From positions 1-45,444 of the forward strand of contig JALVAL010000631.1 of assembly GCA_027011205.1 (NCBI GenBank): a stretch of 45,444 nucleotides of DNA, given 5' to 3'. The position numbers and the translations under genes are program-made. Of the stretch, positions 8,285 to 16,132 are shown one piece after another; positions within the stretch are counted from its first letter, which is position 1, and each line of letters begins with the position of its first letter. Under the pieces are notes generated by a model that made no database searches, was not told the origin of the DNA, and saw only the letters and a list, made by a program, of their open reading frames with translations. The DNA comes from Gammaproteobacteria bacterium (lineage in GTDB: Bacteria > Pseudomonadota > Gammaproteobacteria > GRL18).

Positions 8285-9406
8285 CTAACCCGCTATACGG
8301 GCAGCAAGACGGGCATCCACGAGTTTTGTGCCCCACATTGCATCAACTTCCCACATGAGCTGCTTGTACTGCCGAATAAGCTCCAGCCGGAACACCAGTC
8401 CTGACACAGGATCAGCCATCGTAAAGGCATTCTGCTCATTATACACTTCTTTGAGACCTGCATCAGGCTGTCTCATTGCAAGGGCAAAGGCGTCACGATG
8501 GGCAACAATATTGACCACATGGGAATCTTTAAAAGTGAGGGCTGCGTTATTTGCAAAAGCAGTCTTGGCAGCAGGTGTATAAGTAATAATGTTGGAAGCA
8601 TAAGACTTCACAACATATGTCTGAGAATCACCTGCTACAGTAAATATATCACCCTCAAGAATAGTTCCAGACCCAGTGTCAATCTGTACTGTAGTATCGC
8701 CCACTTCATGATCGCTCTGATTAACAAGATACCCAGAAGCAGTGCCGGCGGTGTGGGTGGGCACATCATCATCTGCGACCCAATCAATACCAAATTTACG
8801 ACCTATCTCACCCTGGATTTTGACATCATTGGACCCGACCTTCTCAGCATCAGAGAACTGCGGCAGGGCAAGAGCGTTGGCTTCAGCATCCCAGTCAAGC
8901 ACACCAAACCTGGGATATTTGAAAGCTCTTTGCTGATTAAGAACTTTCCTGGCAGAAGTGGCGGCGGAGACATCGCTGGCAAAAGGAGTAGTGCCGGGAG
9001 TGCCGGTGAATCCATATATGCCTTTGTATTCATTGAACACAGACTGATTGATAGCACGAGCGAGCGCCTCAAAAGCTTCTTCCATCTGCTTTGGGATAAA
9101 AAACTCCTTAGCTGCAATCTTTTGCAAATCAGCATCAGTTAAACCGAAATCAGCCTTTTTCCAATTGTTCAAAGGAATCTGTACATACTCAATGGTAGTA
9201 TCCTCAGGAGCAGGAGGAGTTGGGGCCGGAGTTACATCTGAAACTGTACGGGCCTGACTAATAGGAACATCAACAGTCTGACCTTTCTTCTTGGCCTCTG
9301 TAGAATAATCTATATTAACAAGACGAGTCATCAAAACCCTGGACCTTAGGACTTCAAGCCCTGTGGCAAGAATTTTTGGCATTATTTTAAGTATATCATT
9401 TGCCAT
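8285..9406 (-). CDS. Major capsid protein (P22 coat-like, HK97 fold).
   Basis: It is 373 aa, follows the scaffold gene, has a strong SD (AAAGGAG) and a terminator behind it. The N-terminal pattern ILKIMPKILATGLEVLRSRVLMTRLVN resembles the P22 coat family. Confidence 0.8.
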   Translation of the reverse strand: MANDILKIMPKILATGLEVLRSRVLMTRLVNIDYSTEAKKKGQTVDVPISQARTVSDVTPAPTPPAPEDTTIEYVQIPLNNWKKADFGLTDADLQKIAAKEFFIPKQMEEAFEALARAINQSVFNEYKGIYGFTGTPGTTPFASDVSAATSARKVLNQQRAFKYPRFGVLDWDAEANALALPQFSDAEKVGSNDVKIQGEIGRKFGIDWVADDDVPTHTAGTASGYLVNQSDHEVGDTTVQIDTGSGTILEGDIFTVAGDSQTYVVKSYASNIITYTPAAKTAFANNAALTFKDSHVVNIVAHRDAFALAMRQPDAGLKEVYNEQNAFTMADPVSGLVFRLELIRQYKQLMWEVDAMWGTKLVDARLAARIAG

Positions 9407-9470
9407 CTTAAATCTCCTTTTATATTATCAAAATTTATTCCTCCGGAACACAGCAAGCCTCCCTGAGACT

Positions 9471-10268
9471 TTACACAATATCGATTTTACCCGATACAAG
9501 GTTAGAAATAAGTTCTGCTGAACCACCATTTTCAGTAGCAGTCTGACGAAGTTGATCAATAGAAATATAGGCCTTACCATTTCTATCAATGCTATTAGAA
9601 CCCCCGCCAGAGCCCCCGCCAGAGCCCCCGCCAGAAGATCCTTCAAAAAGGTATGGGGCCTGTTCAACAAGAGACTCTGCCCAATCTTTAAAAGTCAATG
9701 GACCATCATCAGTTTGTATTACTTCACCTTTTTCGTCAAAAGGCATTACTTCCCCATCATCGGTAACACGCCAAGTCTGCTTTGCCCTAAGGAGAATATC
9801 ATTAATTGCACCCTCCCTGGGCTTGGCAACAGAAAGCACCGCCTTCTGAACCTCTGCGTCCACCAGGGTTGTGGAAAGCTTGTTTTTGTAAAGCTCCGCA
9901 GCCTTGCTGGCCTCTTCCGCCTTTTTCTCAAGCTCTTTCAGCTTGTCTTCAAAGGACTGCTTGATTTTCATAGCCCTTTTCTGAACAAGCTCATCTATCT
10001 TACCTGCGCTAAGGAGTTTCTCTTCCTCAATCGCCTGAAATTTTTCCTTGAGTTCTTTATATTCTGCAAGATCAACTCCCGACAACTTTTTCTCCAACTC
10101 TTCAAGCTTTTTCATAAGCCTGATATTATTGTCACGAAATTCATCAAGTTTTCCTTTAGGAACAACTGGGTCTTTAAGTTTTAAATGCCATGCTCCGTTA
10201 CGTTCTTCATAAAGGTCCTTAACATCTTCTGGAATTTCGTTTTGTGATTTGTACTGTAACTTAAGCAT
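9471..10268 (-). CDS. Scaffolding protein.
   Basis: The 265-aa protein is highly charged (coiled-coil-like, Lys/Glu-rich) and lies between the head morphogenesis and capsid genes. It has a (SGGG)3 linker before a small C-terminal domain. Confidence 0.7.
   Translation of the reverse strand: MLKLQYKSQNEIPEDVKDLYEERNGAWHLKLKDPVVPKGKLDEFRDNNIRLMKKLEELEKKLSGVDLAEYKELKEKFQAIEEEKLLSAGKIDELVQKRAMKIKQSFEDKLKELEKKAEEASKAAELYKNKLSTTLVDAEVQKAVLSVAKPREGAINDILLRAKQTWRVTDDGEVMPFDEKGEVIQTDDGPLTFKDWAESLVEQAPYLFEGSSGGGSGGGSGGGSNSIDRNGKAYISIDQLRQTATENGGSAELISNLVSGKIDIV
9601..9636. repeat. A 12-bp tandem repeat in 3 copies (cccccgccagag) that encodes the SGGG linker of the scaffold protein.
   Basis: Read directly: 9601-9612 and 9613-9624 are identical, and 9625-9636 differs by one base. 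Confidence 0.9.
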
Positions 10269-10270
10269 TT

Positions 10271-11374
10271 TTACCCTCCGGGTTTACCATATTTTTTGTA
10301 AAGTTCATCTAATGTAAGGGGATTTCCCTTTTGATCAACAAGTTGAGACACATTCGTTATTTTCCCTTTTTTCCATAACTCATAGCGTTTAACACCTAAA
10401 ATTTCTATTACATCTTTTTTTCCTTGTTTTCCTTTCTTTTCATGATCTTTTAACCAATCATTATAACTTTTTGTTTCTGGAATCGCACCATCTATAGATG
10501 CCCGTTGTCCTGGTTTCAACCTATTGACAGTCTTATTAAATTTTAAATTTTTATTTAATTCGTCATAAGAAACCGTTATAGGAACAGTAGTAGACCTGCA
10601 ATTCCAATGAATAGGCGGCCAACCCCTCCACTTCATACCATGGCCAATAGGCTCTTTGTCCTCTAACCTCCACCTACGATTATCAAGCGTAGCACAAATA
10701 AAAGTGGTTCTAGTATCCAGTGTGGCAACCCACATAACCTGGGAAATCACATCACTATTGCCCTCATAAATCTGCCTCCGCACATCCTGGAAGATGTTCT
10801 GGAAACCTGTCCTTGACAACGCTTCCGCATGGTTCTGCGGGATAACCAACGAGTCCTTTACACGCTCGATCAACTCGTCTATCGACTCACCATCTAAAAT
10901 GCCTTCTGTCATTTCTGCCTTGTAACGGTATTTGTAGTCAATAGACTGTTTTTCCCACCACTCTTTTGTAGTATGCCCTTCAAACACCTGTTCACTTACA
11001 ATCGTCGCAATAGCCTCTTTAGTAAGCACCGGATGAATGACACCTGCACCAAACTCTCTGTTGTATATCTTAGGGAATATTTGAGCTTCAGCATGTCCAT
11101 ACTGAGTCATTAAGCTGGTATGAGTCGATGCCATTTTGTTATAAGTATCCGTAATCAGATTATTGGCCTGCGTAAGCAAATTTTCAATTACAACCTTCTG
11201 ATTTACAGGAAACGCAACGCCAGTAGGGTTAGTCTGAGCAACAAACGCAATTAACTCGTCCCTAAGATTCTGTAGGTGCTTTAACACCTGTTTTGTGCCC
11301 AATGCAGACACTCTCTCAAGCTCCGTTTGATGCCTGATAAGTGCATCCTGAATTCTGGTGTTAAACGATTCCAT
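10271..11374 (-). CDS. Head morphogenesis protein (Mu gpF / SPP1 gp7 family).
   Basis: The motif LDTRTTFICATLDNRRW....WPPIHWNCRSTTVP matches the Mu F signature. It lies downstream of the portal. Confidence 0.8.
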   Translation of the reverse strand: MESFNTRIQDALIRHQTELERVSALGTKQVLKHLQNLRDELIAFVAQTNPTGVAFPVNQKVVIENLLTQANNLITDTYNKMASTHTSLMTQYGHAEAQIFPKIYNREFGAGVIHPVLTKEAIATIVSEQVFEGHTTKEWWEKQSIDYKYRYKAEMTEGILDGESIDELIERVKDSLVIPQNHAEALSRTGFQNIFQDVRRQIYEGNSDVISQVMWVATLDTRTTFICATLDNRRWRLEDKEPIGHGMKWRGWPPIHWNCRSTTVPITVSYDELNKNLKFNKTVNRLKPGQRASIDGAIPETKSYNDWLKDHEKKGKQGKKDVIEILGVKRYELWKKGKITNVSQLVDQKGNPLTLDELYKKYGKPGG

Positions 11375-11412
11375 TATTCATCGGAGAAAGAAAGCCTTCG
11401 TAATCAAGCTTC

Positions 11413-12825
11413 TCACTCATTTTTTAGCGGTACCCCCTCAGACGACTCCTCTTCTGATGGTATATTATTAACAGGCGGTGGACTTCCCATAAGAATCATG
11501 TCACCCTCTATTCTTGCCTTTTCCTCTTCAGCAGTGATACCATCTTCTATAATTTCACCTTTCTGGAAGTTATAGAACAATGTTTCCCAAGAAATAGTAC
11601 CTGACTGGTAAGCTTTGACCAGAGCAGTTACTTCATTTGGCGTCATCGAAACAGCAGTAAAATCAGTATTGAAACTTACAACTACATCGCCTGATTTGCC
11701 TTCCCACATGGCCACAAATTCAAAAACCCGTGTAAAAAGGTCAGATAAAGTAAGTGATATGGACGAAAGCACATTGTGCTCACCCATATTCCGCACCTTG
11801 TAAGTCTCTGCCGCTTCAACACCCTTTTTTGGAACATCCAGAAGCCGTGTGCCGATAATGGCCATCTGATACTCTTTCTGCTCTAATGCCTTTTCAAGAG
11901 AACTCAGGCCCTGACCAGTAAACTCCAGAAACCCCGCCTTTGCACCAGGGTCCTCTGAAATCCAAGCAACAGAACTGCCAATCTTAAGCGTTATATCAGC
12001 CGGAAATCCAGCAACCCATGCCGTTGGAAGTGCCGTAAAATGCCTACCATGCTCAAGATCCGCAGATGAATTGTAATGAGAAAGGTTTATATCCACCAGA
12101 TCAATAAGTGGTGGCTTTATAACCTCTGCACCTACCTTTTGCCAATTAGAAAAGATAAATGGGATCTCATGTATTCTGGATCCCCTCATGGTAGGTACAA
12201 TTTGTTCCACCAATGTGTAATCTTTTGTCGTTGAATCCAGCCGATATATTTCCTGGACATAAACACCGTCTCTGAGCACAAGCACTCTATATTGTTCTTT
12301 TATCTGGTCTTCAAATTCATCTATTTCTTCTGTATATTCCTCCCTGATTACCACCATGGTAAGCATTAACTTATCTCCCACCAATTCAACTTTCCAATTG
12401 ATGATATCCTCTGCCTTATAAACAACAAGATAGCACCGATTGGTGATATTATTTAAAGGTGGCATATCTACCAAAATACCAACCCTGCCAGTAGTGAGAA
12501 GCTCATTAAGTGTATATTTGGAAAAATCAGTAAGAGAATTGTTCTGGACAGTGACATGTTTGTCTCTGTCTACCTCAGGATATACAAACTGATAAGACTT
12601 GCGGAAAATAGCACCCACCAGGGCGTCAAGAGTTCGTGATGAGGCATTATAAAAGGTAGCACGTTTTTTATAAGCCGAATACTCATCGCTACTCTGGCCA
12701 GATAAAGATGGAAGATAAACTTCACCTTTTGCCTTTACAGCATCAGCACCCTCAATGACGTCACGGCATCTAGTCCACTTGTGCCTGTAAGCTTCATATT
12801 GTCTATGTGTAGAATTAACTGGCAT
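11413..12825 (-). CDS. Portal protein (DUF4055-type).
   Basis: It is 470 aa and lies directly after TerL. The N-terminal pattern YEAYRHKWTRCRDVIEGADAVKAKGEVYLPSL...YKKRATFYNASSRT fits DUF4055-type portals. Confidence 0.8.
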   Translation of the reverse strand: MPVNSTHRQYEAYRHKWTRCRDVIEGADAVKAKGEVYLPSLSGQSSDEYSAYKKRATFYNASSRTLDALVGAIFRKSYQFVYPEVDRDKHVTVQNNSLTDFSKYTLNELLTTGRVGILVDMPPLNNITNRCYLVVYKAEDIINWKVELVGDKLMLTMVVIREEYTEEIDEFEDQIKEQYRVLVLRDGVYVQEIYRLDSTTKDYTLVEQIVPTMRGSRIHEIPFIFSNWQKVGAEVIKPPLIDLVDINLSHYNSSADLEHGRHFTALPTAWVAGFPADITLKIGSSVAWISEDPGAKAGFLEFTGQGLSSLEKALEQKEYQMAIIGTRLLDVPKKGVEAAETYKVRNMGEHNVLSSISLTLSDLFTRVFEFVAMWEGKSGDVVVSFNTDFTAVSMTPNEVTALVKAYQSGTISWETLFYNFQKGEIIEDGITAEEEKARIEGDMILMGSPPPVNNIPSEEESSEGVPLKNE

Positions 12826-12847
12826 CTTCTTTCCTCATCTTACCTAC

Positions 12848-12876
12848 ATTATAACATACAAAAAAGCTTCTGTCAA
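12848..12876 (-). promoter_or_regulatory. Consensus sigma70-type promoter upstream of the portal gene (TTGACA-17 nt-TATAAT).
   Basis: The minus strand reads TTGACAGAAGCTTTTTTGTATGTTATAAT, with the -35 at 12876-12871 and the -10 at 12853-12848. It lies in the 56-nt TerL-portal gap. Confidence 0.6.
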
Positions 12877-12881
12877 TGGCT

Positions 12882-14156
12882 TTATGTGCCTTGAACTTTA
12901 GCAATACCAGCACGGAGTTTATGAACTGGAAATAAATACGCTATCGGATATGAAAAAGCATCTGTCACATGATCATATTTACCATCTTTAGACGGTAAAC
13001 CATTATCATCATAAACTTGCTGTTCAAGCGCCTCCGTTAAATTAGGACATCTGGCCACATCAACAAAAAGCCTCCGCTCCCCTTCACCGTTGCAAAACAT
13101 AGTATTGGTGGCAATAACCCTGTCCTTAACAGAAGGGTTAGCACGATTTGCTCTTACTGTGAAACCAGCATCCCTTAATAAAGAAAGATCCGATATAGAA
13201 GCATTTATAGTCTTTCTTGCAGACCCACTGGCATCAGGATACACTATTACTGATTTCCCAGGGTATCTTTCTTTAATAACGGATATAGTTTCATTGGTAT
13301 CAAAGGTATTGATTATTTCATCAATGGCGACAGCTACCTTTTCAGCATCTGATGACGGTTGTCTTATATCGAAAATTACAGCACACCCCTTCCCAACATT
13401 GAAATCCATACCAACATGGATTGGATTTACAGATGATATTGAATCAACAGACATCCTGTTCTTTTCTCTATCAAACTCTGCCCACACTCCCAGTTTATTG
13501 ATGTTTACAAACTTCCCAAGCAGATAAGCATCTATAAGAGACTTTGGGTATTTTTTAATCAAAGTTGGAATAAAATCATCCGGTAAATTAGCAATATTAT
13601 CATAAGTGGACATCCTAATAAGAGTTGAATCTTCCAGAGGCTCTTTTTCAAAGTTATGGTACATATACTTATAGCCTTCTGGCGTTGAAATAAGATATAA
13701 CTGGTTCTTGGCACCTTCTATGCGTTGCCTCATCCTAGCCATCATCTTATCAATTACCTTTTCAGCCAATTCATACGGCAAAAGATCCACTTCATCGCCA
13801 TAGGCACTAAGAATGGAAAAACCAATCATAGTTTCAGGCTTTAAAGCTGACCTGAAATAAATAATACCATACCCAGGTACACTGATATATCTTGCCTGTT
13901 TATTACTATGATATGGTGTCTTGGTATTGGTTAAAAACTCCTCTAACATGGGGTATGCAATATCGAAGCACAACTGATATCCAGGAGCAAAATAACAAAG
14001 ATTCGCCCCTGGGTTTGAAAAATAATCATAAAGCATCTTTAAAATGAGAACGAACGTTTTTCCAGAACCATATCCGGCAACACAGGCCACATACTTATTA
14101 TCCGCCAGAAAAAGCTTTCTCTGCGAAGGATTAAGCTTTACTCTCATTACCCTCAC
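12882..14156 (-). CDS. terL: Terminase large subunit.
   Basis: It has Walker A (GYGSGKT) and a Walker B-like GDEVDLL, is 424 aa, and lies adjacent to the portal. Confidence 0.9.
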   Translation of the reverse strand: MRVMRVKLNPSQRKLFLADNKYVACVAGYGSGKTFVLILKMLYDYFSNPGANLCYFAPGYQLCFDIAYPMLEEFLTNTKTPYHSNKQARYISVPGYGIIYFRSALKPETMIGFSILSAYGDEVDLLPYELAEKVIDKMMARMRQRIEGAKNQLYLISTPEGYKYMYHNFEKEPLEDSTLIRMSTYDNIANLPDDFIPTLIKKYPKSLIDAYLLGKFVNINKLGVWAEFDREKNRMSVDSISSVNPIHVGMDFNVGKGCAVIFDIRQPSSDAEKVAVAIDEIINTFDTNETISVIKERYPGKSVIVYPDASGSARKTINASISDLSLLRDAGFTVRANRANPSVKDRVIATNTMFCNGEGERRLFVDVARCPNLTEALEQQVYDDNGLPSKDGKYDHVTDAFSYPIAYLFPVHKLRAGIAKVQGT

Positions 14157-14577
14157 TTAAATCAATCACAATTGGGGATGGTGGTACTGAATCAGAGCCA
14201 ATAATACCGTGAATATGAAATTCAAGCCTGGTAAGTTTATCCTGGACTGATGCTAATTTCTCCAGGACCTGCACCCTTCTTAATGCGTCCATGTCCCTGA
14301 GTTCCTCACCAATCAGCACTGTTGCCACCTGCAGCATCTGCTGTTTCTGCCTGACCGCTGCCTTATTAGCATTCTTAATATAATCTTCATCAGCAAACTT
14401 AACAGGGCCTGGCTCAGGATCATAGGCCAACACCGCAGGGCCTGGTTTAAACCCTTCTTTATATGCTACCTTCTGCAATTCCTCAAAGGATAAACCAAAC
14501 CGCTCAAGAGCAATATCCAACTCTTCACGAGATTGGGAATTAAGATATATGGCAGCTAACACTTGTAAATTTTGCAT
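14131..14577 (-). CDS. Putative terminase small subunit.
   Basis: The 148-aa ORF overlaps the TerL start. The call rests on position only. Confidence 0.45.
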   Translation of the reverse strand: MQNLQVLAAIYLNSQSREELDIALERFGLSFEELQKVAYKEGFKPGPAVLAYDPEPGPVKFADEDYIKNANKAAVRQKQQMLQVATVLIGEELRDMDALRRVQVLEKLASVQDKLTRLEFHIHGIIGSDSVPPSPIVIDLSEGNESKA

Positions 14578-14584
14578 ATTAACC

Positions 14585-14785
14585 TCATTTACTTTTATAT
14601 GGCATGTATGGGTAAAGTGGGCAATCGACTATCTGGCAATTCAGTTTACCATCAACATAACCGGCATTACAATCAGCACACTTTGCAATAATAGCCTCTC
14701 CTCTGGTAAGCCTTTCACCATTTAAATGACGCATCATGTGCTTTTTCCCTGGTGATTGTGCCCAGCTTTTTACCTCATTGTGCAC
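14585..14785 (-). CDS. Small Cys-rich (zinc-binding-like) protein, the first gene of the leftward arm.
   Basis: GTG start with an AGGAG SD 10 nt upstream. The Cys pattern is CADC....C....C within 66 aa. Confidence 0.5.
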   Translation of the reverse strand: MHNEVKSWAQSPGKKHMMRHLNGERLTRGEAIIAKCADCNAGYVDGKLNCQIVDCPLYPYMPYKSK

Positions 14786-14819
14786 TGCCTTTTAGCTCCT
14801 TTTTTTTTCTTTTTCTTTT

Positions 14820-14849
14820 ATTTTAACATAAAACTAAATATTGTGTCAA
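14820..14849 (-). promoter_or_regulatory. Candidate sigma70-type promoter for the leftward (structural) arm.
   Basis: The minus strand has TTGACA (14849-14844), an 18-nt spacer and TAAAAT (14825-14820). An A-rich leader and the SD of the 14785 gene follow. Confidence 0.45.
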
Positions 14850-14982
14850 GTAACTATTATTTACACCTAATAGGGCCTAATAATAACTGGCGCACAACAA
14901 AAAACCAAAGGAAATAGCGAAGTGCACAAAAAGTATTATATAGACTACACCAGAGCCTGACCTTGAATATTAAATCAAATAC

Positions 14983-15011
14983 TTGACAAATGAATCTTGA
15001 TGTGTTTTAAT
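14983..15011 (+). promoter_or_regulatory. Rightward early promoter, copy 1 (TTGACA-17-TTTAAT with an upstream TGT extended -10).
   Basis: Read directly. It lies inside copy 1 (14971-15021) of a 51-bp direct repeat. Confidence 0.55.
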
Positions 15012-15055
15012 GTAAATACAATACGACAAAAACAACATCAAAATAAATCAAATAC

Positions 15056-15084
15056 TTGACAAATGAATCTTGATGTGTTTTAAT
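15056..15084 (+). promoter_or_regulatory. Rightward early promoter, copy 2 (same sequence, 73 bp downstream of copy 1).
   Basis: Read directly. It lies inside repeat copy 2 (15044-15094), about 50 nt upstream of the ATG at 15134. Confidence 0.55.
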
Positions 15085-15133
15085 GTAAGTACAAAATAAA
15101 ACAGTGCTAACAGCACAATGAAAGGAGACCGAT

Positions 15134-15709
15134 ATGAAGGTTAAAGTAACAACAGGAAAGTTTGAAGGACAGACTGGAACAGTGATATCTGAGAACAGAG
15201 GATGGTTTACCGTTAAACTCGATAATGGTGAAACTGCCAATCTCCGTAAAAATCAGTTTGAGGAGACAACCAACCAGGAAACTAAATCCAGTAAACGCAA
15301 CGTATTCCGCAAAAGTCGCAATGAATATTACAAGGGCTTTGGGAAAACTGCTAGTGGAAATGCCACCGTTGATAATGGCGACGAAGTAGCAGAAAAACTC
15401 AGAGGACTTACCTCTCATCAAGTCCTGGATACCCTGGCAGATGAATTGGCTGTCCTGCCATTTAAGGTAGCACTTAGCAAAAACTTCCAGAAGAAATACA
15501 AAAGAGCTGCTGAAAGGTACGGCTGGAAAGAATGGCCAGAAGGAGTTGACCAGTGGGTACACCTCCTGTGGGAAGGCAAAAACGCAGGGCTTGTCAGGGC
15601 AAATGCCGGAAACGTGCTCAGAGGAGCATATAGAAGACAAGCACAGGCACAGGAAACTGAGCAGGATGATGCCCAAGAAAAAGCCACCGCAGTGCTGTAC
15701 GGAGGGTAA
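15134..15709 (+). CDS. Early protein with an N-terminal KOW-like motif and a basic/acidic C-terminal region. Function unknown.
   Basis: Strong SD (AAAGGAG). The N-terminus KVKVTTGKFEGQTGTVISENRGWFTVKLDNGETANL resembles KOW (NusG / L24-type) motifs. It is the first gene after the tandem promoters. Confidence 0.6.
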   Translation: MKVKVTTGKFEGQTGTVISENRGWFTVKLDNGETANLRKNQFEETTNQETKSSKRNVFRKSRNEYYKGFGKTASGNATVDNGDEVAEKLRGLTSHQVLDTLADELAVLPFKVALSKNFQKKYKRAAERYGWKEWPEGVDQWVHLLWEGKNAGLVRANAGNVLRGAYRRQAQAQETEQDDAQEKATAVLYGG

Positions 15710-15730
15710 GAACCCAGGCCCAGGAGCATA

Positions 15731-15772
15731 CAAAAAAGCCAAGGGAGGCGGTTCTCTTAGCTTCCCTTGGCT
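15731..15772 (-). terminator. Intrinsic terminator oriented for minus-strand transcription, with no minus-strand ORF upstream of it.
   Basis: A perfect 10-bp stem joins agccaaggga (15737-15746) and tcccttggct (15763-15772) with a 16-nt loop. On the minus strand TTTTTTGT follows. On the plus strand no T tract follows. Confidence 0.5.
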
Positions 15773-15891
15773 TCTGGATATGAACAAAGCTTTATTGGTC
15801 CTATCGGGTATAAACCCAACCCCAGGAAGCATATAGCAGAAACACAACTTAACAAGCTAGCACGCCACTTACTTTTTTTAAAAAGAAAACG

Positions 15892-15961
15892 TGTCTGTCT
15901 GTCTCCTTCCTATATCTTTATACGTTATGATATATAAAATAGACAAATAGACAGACAGACA
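15892..15961. repeat. Perfect 13-bp inverted repeat built from (GTCT)3 / (AGAC)3, with a 44-bp AT-rich spacer containing a nested TATATC/GATATA palindrome. Candidate origin or operator.
   Basis: Read directly: tgtctgtctgtct at 15892-15904 and agacagacagaca at 15949-15961. An extra ATAGACA half-site lies at 15939-15945. Confidence 0.85.
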
Positions 15962-15973
15962 ATAGTTCTTTTT

Positions 15974-16003
15974 ATTTTAAAAATATTTGACAACGTTTAG
16001 CAA
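15974..16003 (-). promoter_or_regulatory. Weak candidate minus-strand promoter (TTGCTA-18-TAAAAT) pointing into the inverted repeat and the orphan terminator.
   Basis: The minus strand has TTGCTA at 16003-15998 and TAAAAT at 15979-15974. Confidence 0.3.
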
Positions 16004-16051
16004 GCGCCGTGCCAAATGGATTAATTTTTCATCGAAGTACAAACACTGATC

Positions 16052-16080
16052 TTGACAGAAGCTTCCGTCCATGCTAAAAT
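16052..16080 (+). promoter_or_regulatory. Sigma70-type promoter for the replication operon (TTGACA-17-TAAAAT).
   Basis: Read directly: cTTGACAgaagcttccgtccatgcTAAAAT, about 50 nt upstream of the GTG at 16133. Confidence 0.6.
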
Positions 16081-16132
16081 AACTTTGTGCGCCTCTTAAG
16101 CATTAATAATATATATAAAAGGAGATACTGCC

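Larger units (their letters stand above)
14971..15094 (+). repeat. Direct duplication of a 51-bp promoter-bearing unit (14971-15021 and 15044-15094, 50/51 identical).
   Basis: Read directly: taaatcaaatacttgacaaatgaatcttgatgtgttttaatgtaaRtacaa occurs twice. Confidence 0.9.

Noticed and set aside
9601-9636. The 12-bp x3 tandem repeat as a regulatory or hypervariable element.
   Set aside because: It lies in frame within the scaffold gene and simply encodes an (SGGG)3 flexible linker. It may vary in copy number, but nothing suggests a separate function.
8498-10184. Plus-strand ORFs of 214 aa (8498..9142) and 210 aa (9552..10184), plus several 60-110-aa ORFs.
   Set aside because: They are antisense shadows of the capsid and scaffold genes. 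They have no SD sequences and run against the orientation of the whole arm.
14971-15094. A possible CRISPR-like or iteron array.
   Set aside because: There are only two copies, the spacer is 22 bp, and each copy contains a complete -35/-10 promoter. I interpret it as a duplicated promoter, not CRISPR.
15107-15847. A 246-aa minus-strand ORF, together with the overlapping ORFs 15418..15729 (-) and 15546..15836 (+).
   Set aside because: It is antisense to the well-supported KOW-like gene, which has a strong SD and promoters. Its composition is Cys/Phe/Leu/Ser-rich and low in complexity. It would also read through the 15737-15772 terminator hairpin. I treat it as a shadow ORF.
15710-16132. A tRNA or other small structured RNA gene in the long non-coding region.
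   Set aside because: No cloverleaf-compatible arms or T-loop (GTTCRA) consensus are seen by eye here or in the other gaps. Only the hairpins reported above are present.
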